A DNA stretch of 64,000 nt from Amphiscolops sp. MND2022 (Eukaryota). Every line of letters starts with the position of its first letter. The first letter of the stretch is position 1. Where the stretch lies: contig OZ076409.1 of the NCBI GenBank assembly GCA_964187785.1, positions 79,176,001-79,240,000 on the forward strand, written 5' to 3'. Below, in pieces: positions 22,307 through 36,691 of the stretch. The translations under genes and the position numbers were made by a program. Below the pieces are notes generated by a model, which did not search any database, was not told the origin of the DNA, and saw only the letters and a list, made by a program, of their open reading frames with translations.

Positions 22307-25300
22307 TACCCAACAAATTTTCTGGAAGAAGCGGCGTCGGTGTAATCATACACGCTTTCTCGTAAGAAGAATTTAACAATGCAAAAAATTGGCTTGTTGT
22401 CAACACCTGTTTCGAATAGACAGTGAAGTTTATTTTAGCATTTCAATAAACAAAACTGACAGATTCTTCTGCAATCAGATTTACATTCATCTATCAATAA
22501 TGAGACCTAAGTGGAATAATCATAATATAATGGAGAAGTTGGACTTTATCTTGGCTATCGACGTCATTTTCTCGATTGATTTTTACTGAACACGAGAATT
22601 CACGTCACTGCTATTGTCCAAAGTGAACGGACTCGAGATGTATTCATAGCAGCCAAATGACAGTATTAAAAACATGAATGCACTTCAAAATTTCAAAGAT
22701 CAAAAATATTTTTTGTAAACAAACAGCTAAAACTTCTCCGATTCGTCTGCCAATCAATCTTAATGGATTTCAGATTACTGAGACATAGTTTCGAAAACGG
22801 TCGAATTGAAACTGAACCGAAAGAACCTTTTGATGTGTAAATTTCTTATAAATGAAAACTGCTGGCTAACAACAATGGATTTCGGATCAAGCAACTGTAT
22901 TGTTTAAAGGCAACTTTCTGCAAATGTTAATCTTTTGTGTCGATTCGACGAACATTTTAGCAGGTACTTTAAATGTTATTTTCAGCCCATATTTCATATG
23001 GGAAAAGAAAATATTTAAATCGAATGGTTTTTCTACAAAATTTGCCAAGCACCAAATTTATATTTAACTTTAAGGGTGCTACCCATAGAATTCAACTCAC
23101 ATAAATTTAACTTCGTGCGATTTGCATTTGTGGAGATTTCTGGACTTTTTTAGTTGACCCCAAGGACCCCAGAATGACCCAAAAATTACCCCCCAAAAAT
23201 AAGAAAACTTTGCATTCCACTTTTTTAAATGCCACTTTTTAAAATTATATTACAAGTTTTGTCATCTTTTCGATAGATGTCGTGGATTACAATGTTGAAA
23301 AGGTTCAACGAGGCAACCCATTCGTTGTCCAGTAGTCGTTTATGAAGTGATAAGTGCGGTTTTTTGGAAAGAAAAGACCCAAAAATTACAAAAAACAAAA
23401 AAATTCCCGATTTTTAACGTTTTTATGCAATTTTTGTCAAATTCTCGATAGACTTCGTGGATTAGAAAGATGAGAACGCTCAACGTGGCACTAATTCGTT
23501 GTCCAGTAAGCTTTTGCGAAGAGACAATTGCTGTTTTCGAAATGGAAAAAAACCTCGAATTGAAACCAAAAAATACAAAAACTCCAAAATTTTCCATTTT
23601 CAAAGATTTTTTGTTTTTTCCCCAAGTTTTGGACGGACTTTGTGGATTGAAACATTGAAAAGGGTCAACAAGGAAAGAATGTGTTGTCCAGTATGCTTAG
23701 AAAAGCGATGAAGGCGGTTTTTCAAACGAAAACAGTCCGGAATTGACATCGAAATTGGCAAAATTTCGAAAATTTCCCGAATCTTACTTTTCGTTCAATT
23801 GTTTTAAAGTGTCGATAAACTTCGTGGACTAGATTGTTGAAATGCCTAAGGAATGGGCAAACATGTTGTTTTATTGAGCTTTCGTCACGAGATAAGTTCA
23901 TTTTATAAAAAAATGCCTCAAATTGAGTTGTCGAATACCTTGAAGTTTTTGTCGTTTTTGATGCAATTTGTGTACAAGATATCGTTCTCAGATCCATCAC
24001 AATCAACTTAACAACAAAAGAACGAGCATTACAATACACTTTTTGAAGAGAACGCTGCAGCGTTTGGCTTCCAAAACACTTCAGAATGACTCCAAAGCAG
24101 TCGAAATATTTCAACAACTTCGTTTTTGTGCAACTTGTTTACTTTTAGAATTGTTTTGGAGACAGAATGTTGGCAGAAGTTCAACAAAGATTTTTCCAAT
24201 ATAGAATTACTTGCAGACTTCAGTCTGAAAATGGATCAAAATTGACCTCAAAAAGTCAAAAGTGTCGAAATCTTTGTCAATTTCTTACATTTCCAGTGAA
24301 TTTGTATTTGAGATTGAAAAATTTCAGGTAAATAAAACCTTCGAAAAACTCCGGATTACAAAAATTATGTCCAAAACCCGTTTTTTCAAACAAAATTGCC
24401 TAATTTATGGTTGAAAGTTTCCACAGAATGACACAATTATTGGCAAAACAGAATTTTCAAGTTTTTTTTACATTTTTAGACTTTTTGTACAAATTTTCAG
24501 CTATTCCTTGCATAAAATGGTTTAGAATACTCAACAAATACTAATCCGGGTATGTCGAGTGGGCAATTTTGAAGAGGTAACAACATTTGTTTGTCCTAAG
24601 TGGCCACAAAAACACCCAAACATCCATGAAACAAACAAAAACAGGTTGTTTACCAAAGTAAACACAATTTTTGTTCAAACCACGAAAATTTTTGAAAAGT
24701 AGAACATCCAATAATCTGAGCTTGGAAACAATAAAGTATTTAAAACACAATTGGGGAAAATAGGATGAAGTTCATCCAAAAAAGGTGTCAAAGTTTACAA
24801 CAAAGGTGTAAAAGTTTCCGAACTTTGTTCCTTTTCGATAACCTGGTCCAAAGTTCGGATACTTTCGGAAACCTTACTTCAATCAGAAAAACAAAAAGTG
24901 TGTTTCAAAAAGATATCAGACACGTTTATTTCCACAGGTTTCAAAAACTGTACTTGAAAACGTAATTTTCGACCTCATTTGTCCAATATTTAATATTCAA
25001 AAATCTCCAACCAAAATCACTAGATTTGGAGTACACCTTCCAGAGGAGAATATTTAGGCTACCTCGTGGGCTGGAATGGTGTAGACGTTCAACAACAACT
25101 AAACTCGGTAGCCAATAGGCTTTTTTTGAAGAGACATCTGTAGATTCATGTTAAAAAACTTCCTCTAATTGATCCCAAAGTTGTCGAAACTATTTGCAAT
25201 TTTTGACACTTCTGGTGAAACTATGTGCAATATTATAACAAACCGGGATCACTCAACTTTTCTAGTCCAACAAAAGTCCTAGTTTCAAGCATTAATCATT

Positions 25301-26629
25301 TTCTCAGTGCCAACAATTACCTCAAGAAATTCGTCTGAGACTAGGAAACCACTTTTCCCCCAACAGGAATGACAAAAAATCCACATTTTTGGTTTCATTC
25401 CGGTAAAATTCTATGATGGCAAAACGAGTTTCAGCTCGCATAACTATTTTTCTCAGGCTGAAATCAGCTATAAAAGCAAGCGGGTACTCCTTGACCAAAT
25501 GAAAGTTTCAAAAGGACGCACAGAGCCGAAAAAGTTGAAATGAAGTGATTTCCACAATCAATAAGAAACCTCGTCAGTTCCATATGATCAAAAGTAACAA
25601 AGAAGCCACCCTCAAGACTCGGGAAACTTTTTTTTTTACATGAAATCTGAGAAACTAAAACTTGCGAAAAACGTTTTTCGAAAATTATTTTCAAATTATT
25701 TGTTGAAAATTTTCTCTTTCCTCGGTAAGTCGCATAGTGCCGAAAAACCTTGAAAGTGGCCAGCTATCGCAGAAGTAATAAGTTAGGTGTTTCCTTTAAA
25801 ATGGGCTAAGATGGATCAAAGCTTTCTTTTCTATGAATGTCTTTGCGTTTTTATAGTGAGGCTATTCTTGAGCCTCAATTTTATGTAGTTGTAAAACAGT
25901 TTGGGGCGGAAAATATCTGGCTGCTCAGCGGGCGTCTTGTTTACAGTTGGGATTACTTTAGTGTTAGCATCTTTTTGTGTTTTGTCCGCAACCGATGGTC
26001 TCGGTCACATCTCTCCCACTACGGGATGAAATGTATATTTGTAATAACTGTGATAACTCAAAGTTTACAGAATATGTTAACGCATAATTATTTCAATGTT
26101 TCAAAGGTAAATGTAATTAGATCTTAAGGCAACAAGAATAAATAGGTGTCGATTTTTTTCGAAACTTTATACTTTCTGCTTGCAAGCAAGATTTCCACCT
26201 ACCTGCCGGGCAGAGCGATTTGCTAGTACTTTAATCGCAAGAAAAATACATCAACCCTTAGTTTTAAAGAATTAAAGGAATTAGTAACGCAACAAGGCAA
26301 AAATCAAACAGGTCACCCTAAGACTTGAAAAACGGTTTTCTCCAACTGCCCTTCTACCATTGCAAGCATAGCAAGCTTTTCGTCTCGTGTGGGACTTGAA
26401 GCCACGTACTCCTGCTTCCCAGGCGCTGTCACCGGGCATAAAAATCCGCTCTTACCCATCCCAAAGCCAAGCGGAAAGTACTTTGCACCTTTCGTCTAGA
26501 AGCCTTGCTATGATTGGCGTTCCAGTTGCTTATCAACATCAGCTTTTCATGAATTAAAATTTTCAATTGAATTAAAATTGTTCTTGGAAGGTCCGATTTG
26601 AAAACTTTCAAGTGCTTAAAGCTAAATAT

Positions 26630-29600
26630 TTACTGCTCGGAAGCCAAATGTGCACTAATATGTATTACAAAATTTGAAACCCTCAATAGGACTGGTGTGC
26701 TTTCTCTTGCCAGCTCTTCGATTTCGTCTGATTGGTCTAACTGGTCGATTCTGATCTGCGTGAATCGGCCATCCGGCCCCCTTGGATTTTTGCCTCGTCT
26801 GGAGAATGAGCTGTCTTCTTTCAGTTTTCTCGGGGATTTCTTTATCAACTGGTCGTGGTGTCCCTCATTGTTGAAGAACGATTAAACTTGCAATGTATCC
26901 GGTTTGGCTGTCATCTTGCATGGCACACATTCGTCGTACTTCTGTTGAAAGTCTTCGGTTATTTTCGGCCACCAAAATACCTTTGTGGCATGGGTCATCT
27001 TGTTAATTGATGGGTGGCCTTTATGCAAAAGTGTGATGACGGTGTTTCGAAGATTTTTTGGTATTATGATTTTATCATCATAAAGCACCACCCCGAACTT
27101 CGTGGATAGATTTTTTGTGTACTGCTTGTATTCTTCTGGTATCTGATTAATCGTTTTTCTTTCCAGGCAGACAACAGGTTTCAGAAGTTTGTCGTCATTG
27201 GTGGTTTCCATTGCGTTTTTTTAATATTTATTGCGAACTTCTGTTATGCTTCACGTACTGTTTCCTTCAAGTTCCATTCGTTATTGTTTTGGACACGGCT
27301 TCCCTGTCCCATCTGAATATATCGTACTCCGGTAGCGCTGAGGTATTTCTCGAAGATAATGGCCCGTACGTCGAGTGATTCGTTCGAATGGGATGACATA
27401 GTTTCTTCACTCTGTTGATCGCTTTCTTCTATTTGTGTTTCTCCGCTTGTTCTTATTTCGTTGTTACTGTTTGTTGGTGTATTTCTGATTTTTCAATCAC
27501 TTTATATAGTTCTTCTCATCTTGATCTTTCCTCCGGGCTTTCTTGGCTCTGTTGTTCCATTCTTTTCCCAATTAGTTTGTTGATCTTTTGGTGCAGCTCC
27601 ATTTCGATTCTTTTAAGTTCCATTCGGTGAACTCTTGGTGGATTGTATTTCTTCCATTCTCCATTTGTCATACTGTTTTGGTTCGGTTATTCTTGTGCTT
27701 TCCATCGATTTAACAAATCAAAGGTATCAGCTGTTTGGATATTGTTTTTCTAATTGTTCAATTTTTTTGATGTCCATTCTGGTAATTGTTTCGTTGTCTT
27801 TTTGGTTGTTGAATGTTAACGTGTAATACCGGTTGTTGAGACGATAATAACAAACTGCGATCGTTCGTTTTGTTCTCACTTGGCTTTGGTTTGTTTTGGT
27901 AGCTCGCCTGTGATTGGTTGAAATTTTGTTCACCCTTCTCTGAGTTGTCTGTTCGAATTTCTTTCTTTCTTAATTCGTCGATGCTGTCGTGATTGGTAAT
28001 GAACTCCATTAGTGGTATTATGCAATTGATTACATACTCTTCGTCGTAGTTTTCGATTCGTTCGGCCTTTGACACCGTTGTGAGTATATTTTCATTATTT
28101 GCATTGTAGTGTGCTAGACATGGGATATATATGATGTATTCTTTTAGATTGTTGAATGCATTCGTATGTTCTTCTGACCAGTTTCATTCGTTGTTCTTTT
28201 TCAGTAGTTTTCTCAGAACAATGGTATTCGCTGATAAGTTTTTAAATATATTTCGAAAGGTATTGTATTGTTCCAAGAAAAGATTTTGGTTCTTTCTCGT
28301 TTTTGGTGTATTTATTTTTGTTATTGCTTCCAGTTTGTCTTGTAATGGACGTATTCCGTGGTGGTCAATTTTGTGTCCAACCCATTCGATTTTTGTCTTG
28401 AAGAATTCGCATTTCCTTGGGTTTAGCCTGTATCCTGCGTTTTCCAGTTTTTTCATCGTTTCTCGCACTTCCGTTTCGTGTTTCTTCAAGTCTCTTTTCA
28501 TGACAATTATTATGTCGTCGAGCCATGACGTGTGTTTGTATTCCAGGGTTTTGTCTATTCGTTCGGGAAGATTGTTGGGATATCTGCCTGTTTGTAGAAT
28601 CCTTTCAAGAACCGGTAGTAACCTGTGAATTCTCCTCCTGTAACGGTGAAGATGCATAGGTTTCTCCTTTTCGCGTCTAATTTTAGCTGCCGTACGCATA
28701 ATCAAAGTCTAATTTTGTTGCCAAAAATTCACCTTCTTCTCCTTCGGAAACTTTTCTCGATATTCTTGAAATTTGTCTCATGTTCGGCATTTCTGGTTTT
28801 CTTTTTTTTGGTCCCTTCGTTCAATTTTCTTGAGTCTAATGCATTTTTTATTGATTTGTTTTTTTCACTGTAATCACTGCCGGGCTCACAAAACCATCTT
28901 CTGTTATTTCGGTTGCTCTTTCTAGGTATCCGTTTTCTATCAGTCGTTTCAGTTCCTTTGCTACTTGGTCCTGTAGGTGTATCGGTATTGGTCTTCCTTT
29001 TTGTTAGATAATTTGTGCTCCTTCTTTTAGATTGATTTTTACCGATAGGTCATTCATTTCGTTGTTGTTGTAGAACAAATCCTTGAATTCGTTCTTCAGA
29101 TCGGCGATTTGGCTTTAATACCGACCATTTGTATGTTGTGTATTTGTATTATGCTGTTGTTGGTGTTTAGGTGTATTCCCAGCCGTTGCATCCAATCTAG
29201 TCCCATTAACGGTGTTGTTGCCTTTCTGGTTATTAGCAGTGGTAATTTCAGTGTTTCTTTATTTGTTTTAACCATTGCTTTTGTCTGACCGATAAATTCA
29301 ATCTTTTGATTGTTTACGTCTTTATAAATGGTAATTAGTGGTTCCCCTTAGTTAACTCGTTAAATAGACAATTTGGAATTAGCGTTACAGGCAATCCACT
29401 GTCTATGATGAAGTTGATTGGCCCCTCGTTTACCAATAGTGTTGTATCGTAGAATGCTTTGGGGTCTTTGCCGTTTATCTTCTGTATTGTATTGTAGTCC
29501 CAATTGTCTTCTTCTGCCGATGATAATTTTCTCTCAATATTATGTACTTTTTTCAATGATCTGCACATTTTCTCGGAATGTCCCCTTCTTTTGCAATTTC

Positions 29601-30720
29601 TGCATTCTGTGGATTCCGCCGGGCAGTTGTGTTGTCTTGACCAGTTGAGTGCTCCACACTGTCCGCACCGGTTGGCTTTGTATTTTATTCTCTGGTAGTC
29701 CGGTTTCTTTCTTGGTCTTCCGTAATTGGATTTGTCCGACCATTTTCGTTTGTACTGTCCCTCCTGTACATGTTGTATTTCTTTTCTGTCGTTAGAGTTG
29801 TTTGAGTCGTTTAGTCTGTCGTACATGTATTCATGTATCAGTTCCGTAATTGTTTCAATTGTCATGTTGCTTTTTCGTACTTTCTGTTTCAATTCGTAAT
29901 CACTTGTTGATCTTCCGATTAATGATAGGAATTTCGAGGGGCTATCAGTTCTGCTGGTGCTACGTTTCCGAATTCACAGTGTTTTTCCACCTGTAGGATT
30001 CGTGTCCATACATCTTCGGCCGTTTCATTTTTTTCTCTAGTTGTTCCGAAGAAATCTGCCCGGCTGTGAAATTTGTTCCGTTCCGGAATAAAGTGTAGAC
30101 GGAACAGTGAGTATAACTGGTTGATGTCCATTCTATTTGGGTCGTTGTCTCTAACGGTTCTCGTCATCTCCGTTATGGCTGATTCTCCCAACGCCCAAGT
30201 GAATAAATCTTTTATCCGGTTGTCTACGTCTGCTCTGTATTGTTCCAGAATTTCTCGGTCTGTGGTCTTCGTTTTAAGATCAATGTTTTCTGTCATCTTT
30301 TTGTATTGTGTAAATCTGCGCCACCACAGTTTGGCTTCTTGAATACCTCGTTTGTCAAAAGTGGGTAGTGTGATCTTCTGGTGGGTCTTCTCATTCTTTT
30401 GGTTTCCTCGTTTTGAGGTCTCTCCATTTGAGGAACTTGTTCCGTCTGATATTTTATATGTCTCCATTGCTTCACTGCGTCATCATGTTCCTATATTGTT
30501 GTAAGGGTAACAAAGAGAATAGATAGCTCGTAACAATGTATTGTTTTTCGTAGCTCAACTTCGATGTAACTGAGTGAGTGTATTGTTAAGATGTACAAGC
30601 ATTTAGAACTAACATAAATGTTGACAGGTACTTAGCTGTCAAGTATGATCAACTGACCTTTAACGGTCTTACTTAAATCTATGACATCATGTCACAGGTA
30701 CAAATTATCGTACGGCGACA
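26630..30720 (-). mobile_element. Decayed, internally deleted Ty3/Gypsy element D (boundaries approximate)
   Basis: Fragments of gag (29919-30467), knuckles plus FIIDSG protease (29335-29892), RT WLDDII (28184-28705) and integrase zinc-binding LHKGHP...CVPC (26882-27211). PBS-like TGATGACGCAGTG ending at 30485. Confidence 0.85.
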
Positions 30721-31092
30721 ACTCATATCAAGCGATGACATCATCATATCAAGCGAAAGCCAAAAAATATAATCCCAGCTAGGGTCACTTAAGTTTGTCC
30801 CGAAAAATGATTAACCCCAATCAGGCCTTTGATTCAAGATGTTTCAAGATAATGAATAATGATTCAAATTGAAATAAAATAAATTCAATAATTCAATTGA
30901 AACACAGCTGATAACTTTAGACCACCTAATCTAGATTATCACTTATGAGGACTCCAAAATCGATTAAATCTTAGTTTCCTACAATGCAAGTTACTTTTTG
31001 TCTTATAGTTTTTGAACAGCTCTTATTGGGTTGTGTCATGATATCAAATTAGTCAAGTCAATTTGAAAATGATTTGTCACAACCGTTAACAG

Positions 31093-31298
31093 GTACGTCG
31101 CTGTGCGACACTGTCACGACTACAACTCTATCTTCTCAGCGTTCCGGGTTCGATTCCTGCTGGCGGCTATAATATTTTGCTCTCTGCTACACAGTGTTCC
31201 GGAGATTGTTGTGTGTAAAGGTCATTGGTCTTGGTACGAGGACTATTGGCTCTTTTCACGCGTCTTTCTGGTCCTGTCTTGCTGTGTGGTTCTGCTGG
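31093..31298 (+). CDS. Host rhodopsin-family GPCR exon (end of TM3, ICL2, TM4, start of TM5)
   Basis: ttaacag acceptor completes the NRY motif: (R)YVAVRHCHDYNSIFSAFRVRFLLAAIIFCSLLHSVP; donor gttagt at 31299. Confidence 0.75.
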
Positions 31299-31486
31299 GT
31301 TAGTTGAAACAATTATTGAAATTAAAAAGCTTTTATTGGTTTTTACTTTTTAAATCTTTTACTACGTACACTGCTTTTTCCATCACAGTTCGAACTGAAC
31401 CCTTTTCATAACTATCTTTACTATGTTTGCGGACAATTTTGTTCAAGTATTTGTCTTCTGAAAACATTGTCCGGTATAGGATCCCT

Positions 31487-31874
31487 GGTGTCAGGACATT
31501 TCAACCTATGCAATTTCAACCGTTGCCATTTCAGCCGCTCACAATTTCAACCTATTCATATTCAACCTTCCACCATTTCGACCTAAACTAATTTTGGCCA
31601 GCTAGTCTTAATTCGGCTGAACTATTCTTTCAGTGCAATAATTACTAATGAATCAAACAGCCTTAATAAATGGTAATTATTCATGAAGAAGCCAAAACGT
31701 ATCAAAACTGGCGTAAAAATTAGCACATTTGAATTTAAAAATGTATGAAAGTTAAAACAGTCAAAATAATTAGGTAGCTAATTAGGATCCATTAACCAAA
31801 ATTGGTTTAGGTCGAAATGGCAACGGTTGAAATTGCAGAAGTTGAAAGTGTATAGTACGAAATGTCATGAAACC
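31487..31874. mobile_element. Mutator-type MITE
   Basis: TIRs GGTGTCAGGACATTTC / GAAATGTCATGAAACC with TTTCAACC subrepeats; 9-bp duplication AGGATCCCT / AGGAGCCCT. Confidence 0.8.
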
Positions 31875-32445
31875 AGGAGCCCTAGTTATATCTGAACATA
31901 CAAATGTCTAAAATACGTTTTCACGAATGTTTCCAGAAATTAATAAATTTTAAAAAGTATAATCGGAAAGGGACATTCGTAAAACTAACAAGCCCTTTGA
32001 TGTATATTAGCGCTTGTATCATCAATCTAATTAAGCAGACATGATAAACTCTACCAAAGCAAAATCAGAATTTCAATAAAAATAAGTCATTTTTCGTAAG
32101 CGCTTCTTTAAAAAAGTGGGAGAACTAAATAGCAATATGGTACGTTTTTGCACCACTTAAGAGATGCAAACTTCTAAAGGCACCAGCTCGCCGTATGGTA
32201 AAGAAAACTCTTGAAGAAAGATTTTTCAGACATTAATACAAAGTATTGCACCCATATTTTCAAGGATTGTTGACTTGATGTCTTCAAAATCAAGAAAACG
32301 GAACCAAAACTAAAAAAATGCGCGCAAAAATTGCCGTTTTTCCTGTTTTCTTGTGTGGCCACTTTATACCACTGGGCACAAATTTGGGTCAAAGTTGCCC
32401 TAGCATGTTTTGAAACATGCTGAAATGCAGTCAGAGACACGACAG

Positions 32446-33252
32446 CCCATGTTGAGCTTTCCTTGAGAATCTGTAAAGATCTGTGAGCCAATTTTCCTTG
32501 AGTATCTGTAAAGATCGTGCCACTGCTACGTAAGGACAACTGCAGATCTGCAAGGATCTTTACAGATGTTCAAAGATTTTCTGTACAGATTTCTCAGGAA
32601 ATTTTTTTCCGGACCTTCTAGTGAAACTATGCATTTCATTTGTTAGCTTCGTCAGTAGATATTTTTGCTGACCAAGGCTCAGTCAGTTGAAACTCTCCAT
32701 CACTCAAAATTCTTGAGCAGGAAATCCTGTCCCCATCACGGTAATTTTGGTGTCTGGGGAATGTTCGGTGTTGGTTATACAATGCAATTTATCCATTTCA
32801 CTTGAACTTTCCAGAAGTGTTTTTTCAACTTTGAGAGGCTCGTTTGCCATATTGACTTCGTTTTGACGGATGAAATTTGACACGTGACAACCTTCTGGGT
32901 TGGTAGAGGTGTTGATAGAGTGCTGTGGTCGTAATATTTCGGGAACATGGTTTGCTGGAGTAGTTTTAGTAATTGCTGGAAACTCGGAATACGTTATAGT
33001 AATTTATTGGTATGGTTAATTTTAACAAATCCTGGAATATCTGCAAGGATCTGTACAGATCTGTACAGATTCGCACAGAAACTTTTTTAAAACTTCAAAT
33101 AAGAGGCGTGTTTTTTTCGTAGAGCACTTTTTAACCAACTAATTTCTTTTTCGAAATTTGAATTTACGACTATTCAATTTTCGAACAATCCTGGAATATC
33201 TGTCAGGATCTGTGCAGATCTGTACCGATTCGCAAGGAGTGCCCAACATGGG
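32446..33252. mobile_element. Non-autonomous DNA transposon, CCC...GGG ends with 2-bp TSD (EnSpm/CMC-like)
   Basis: ~38-bp imperfect TIR CCCATGTTG.GC..TCCTTG.GAATC.GTA.AGATCTG; AG on both flanks; subterminal GATCTGTA repeats. Confidence 0.7.
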
Positions 33253-34499
33253 AGTTGCAACGTTTTGGCGCACAGTCTAAAGCCAGTGCGGCGAAGCTGC
33301 AGGCCAGTGGAGGACTTCGCGCAAAAAACTTTGCGCGCAAGTGGCCAGAGCTAGCGGGCCTCCAGCCCAACAGTAGTTTAAAAATCAGAATGAAAGACCT
33401 GACTGTCTTCTTTCGAACGCGCTAAAAATCCTTTGCCGGTCTTGAATAGTTTCGGAGATACTGCGGTTTAATGTTTAAGCAGTCGATTTTTGAATGAATT
33501 CTGAAATTTCCTCCTCCATTCCAGGTTAAAGCCATTTAGGATACCAAAGGGATGTTGTAAAACCTCAGGGTTTTTCGGTTCTGTTCGATTTTTTTCAAGA
33601 AAAAATTTCATTCCATAGAGCGGTCTCGTCTTTTGATACTTTTTGATAATTTTTCGTTCACCTTTGATTATTGTTTTTCGGCACTGTGCTTTTCATAAAA
33701 ATTTACGCGATAACTGTCTCTGAGCTTGTTAAAGAGGCCTTTTACTATTTAAGATCTCATGGTCTCTCAACTGAGATTGTTCCTGACAACCGGTGGAGGC
33801 CAGACAAATAATGTGTATAATTTATAACATTTCTGATTGGCAGGTTGCGTCAACTTTGGTATGCAGTCTCGTCTAAAATATGGCTTATTTTATTATCGCA
33901 TTTTGATTTATTATCGCTACGAATTCATCTGTGGCTACAAAGTTTGACTTAGCAATCTCATGACAGCATTGTTCTACTTTCATGAGAGTAATTTATTTTG
34001 TTAGTTATTCATGAAATATTACTTTGAATACGGAGTACTCCTTGGGGAATAAATAGACCGAATGGTTTTGAAAACTTACGAGGTTACACAGACCCTAAAT
34101 CACCTTCTTACACGGGAGACCAGCCGAATGAATTGTAGAAGCAATGAGATAGATATATTTCTGTTAATTCAAATGAGACTAACCACATTTTTTGAAAACA
34201 AAACGCCCGCTGACCAGCTTCTGACCATTTCCCTCTCCAAACTATTCTAATACGTCATAATCTTGAGGCTCAAGAGTAGCCAATGCATTATGAAAATGCA
34301 TAGAAGTTTAAAGGAATGAAAGGTTGGACATCTTTTTCATTCATCGTGTCCCATTTTTCAAGAAAACACTTGATTGAGAATATGCAAAGTACCGAATTAA
34401 TTTGTTGTTGAACTAAGTGAATAACATTGCCGTTTGTAAGTATTTCGAGTGTTAAAAAAGAATTTTACATTTTCGTGGAAACTTTTTAGAAAAGAAATT

Positions 34500-36330
34500 C
34501 TTTTCAAACCCCGTACTGGTAGCTACATGTTTCGACTCAGAGCCTATGGATTTTCTATTTTAGAAAAACATTCAGAACATGTCTAAAGTGAGAAGTTGAG
34601 AGTTTGTGATTTATAAATAAGAAATGTCGGAAGTTTTCAATACTTTGTTCTCAATTTCGAGAAATTTTCTCCTGTTGTATCTCTCAAATAGCGTTTTGAA
34701 TATCACAAATAGCGTTGTGAAAAGCCTATCGATTCTACGTTCAGGTAAATAGAAGTTCTAGCCTACAAAAAAATGCGTGAAAAACGCGTCAAAAACGAAC
34801 TTTTTTCAATTTTTGGTTTTCGGGGTGTTCTTGTGGCTGACTCCAACAAGAACTATTAGTTAAAGCTTCAAACATGTCTACTGCCTACAGGGTTTAGTTG
34901 TTGTTGTTGAGTTTTAAAACTATCCAATGTCACGAAATGGCTCAAAAAATTTCCGAAAAACTGCATAAAACAGTCAAAAAAGGAATTTGAAACTTTTGAA
35001 CAAACTGTGTCACTCTGAGGTGCTTTTCTACAAAAGAAAACCAAGTTATATTGATCTTTCTGAAGCTTCCAATTCACCAACGTTTTCTAATTTTGAATAA
35101 CAAATTGTTCAAAAGGTCAAACGATGGAAAACTTCAATTTTTTCGACTTATTTGGGGTCTTTTTGAGGCATGCTTCTAAAAATCCTTTATTTTTTCCAAA
35201 GAGACAACTTGATAACGCTTTTGTTCGTTATTCAATGTTTTATTAGTCTAACACACGAAACATGTCACAATTTTTCCAAAGTTTGCGAATTAAAAACGTT
35301 AAAATTTCAAAGGTTTTGGTTTTTCGACAGCTCTGGCCAAAATTGCACAAAATATCTATAGAAGTGTCAAAACGTATATTTACGACATTTTTCGAGTCCA
35401 TTCGAGGGATTTTCCGGCATGAGTCCGTGGATATCTCTTGAACAAGCCCACGGGAGAAAACTTTCAGATGTTTTGAACGTTTTGAAAATTCTACAAGTCA
35501 AAATTTTTCAAAAATCACCTGAAAAACGTTGAAAAGGACAACGTATTTCTTTGAATTTTCTTCTCATTTTGAGCCATTCTGACTTTTTGAAGCAAAACAC
35601 TGCAGTTTTTTTCTCGAACAATAGTTATTTGAAGCTTGTTCTTTCGTATTTGAACGTTTTCAAACATCTAACTCTTCTAACATGTCTTCTAACGTTTTCA
35701 AACATCTAACAGTTCCTCAGAAATTGTATACAATTTGAATGAAAAACGACAAAAACAGTAAGTTTTCATATTTTCTGTCTTTCCGGGTCTATTTGAGGCC
35801 TTATTCTGTGGAACAAAGGAATTTATCACTTGACAAAAGCCTACTGCACAGCAATTTCTTTTCGTTTGAACTTGTTTACCCTTTCATTCCACGAAATCTA
35901 ACAAAAATTCGATGAGAATTGCATGAAAACGTGTAAAAATTGGAAGTCAATTTCGCTCTCAGTTGGTGGCATTTTTGTTTTTAAAACTGTATTAATTTTT
36001 TAAGTCTTTGAGACAACAAATTTTCACTTGTTTCACGTTTTCAACATTCGAAGCCTCGATTTCTGTCAAAAGTTTGACAAAAATTGGAAAAACATTTTAT
36101 TGGAGCTTTTTGTAACTTTTTAATTTCGGTCTCAATTTTGGGCATTTAAAAAAATGATTGAATTTATTTCTTCGAAAAACCTCGTGGAAAACGCACTTTT
36201 TCTTTGTTGAACGTTTTCAACATTTTAAGCAACGGAGTCTATCGAAAATTCGACAAATATTGCAGGAGACGTTAAATTTTCCGATTTACTGCCTTTTTGG
36301 GGTCATTTTGGGGTCATTTTGGTCAAACAC
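34500..36330 (-). repeat. Dispersed AT-rich repeat; related copies at ~52540-54200 (+) and starting at ~22985 (+)
   Basis: Shared blocks: 35390-35425 is the reverse complement of ~53402-53440; gcccatatttcata...aagggtg..acccatagaa occurs at 22985 and 52537. Confidence 0.6.
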
Positions 36331-36691
36331 AAAGGACAGTCTTTAAACTTTGCATCTCATTGAATAACATAAATGTTTCATTCTAACAGTGCTATTTTCT
36401 CATGGTGTGTATAACTCAAATAACATTTCAAACGACCCTTAAACCAAAAACGTAATTCCACCAAAAGCGTCCCTGCGTACATGAAGTTCTCCTATGTTTA
36501 CAGGTCATGGCTTTTCATCTATGATTTACATATGATTAATGGAATGGCCATCCCGAAAATTATTTGATGATCATTAAAAGAGATCACGATGCCATTGATC
36601 AAAACCCATGAGTTTAACCATATAAGAAAATGAAGCTGAATGACATTTTCAAGCTTCAAACGTTATGCAAAGAATAAAATACGTACACCAC

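Noticed and set aside
22985..26127. Short F/K/L-rich ORFs in AT-rich regions (also 17644-19863, 34062-36346, 52851-53051)
   Set aside because: Low-complexity translations of non-coding repeats with no recognisable domains.
26382..26475. Possible tRNA gene on the minus strand (B-box-like TTCAAGTCCC)
   Set aside because: No convincing cloverleaf; a similar degraded stretch at ~17690-17740 suggests a SINE-like repeat.
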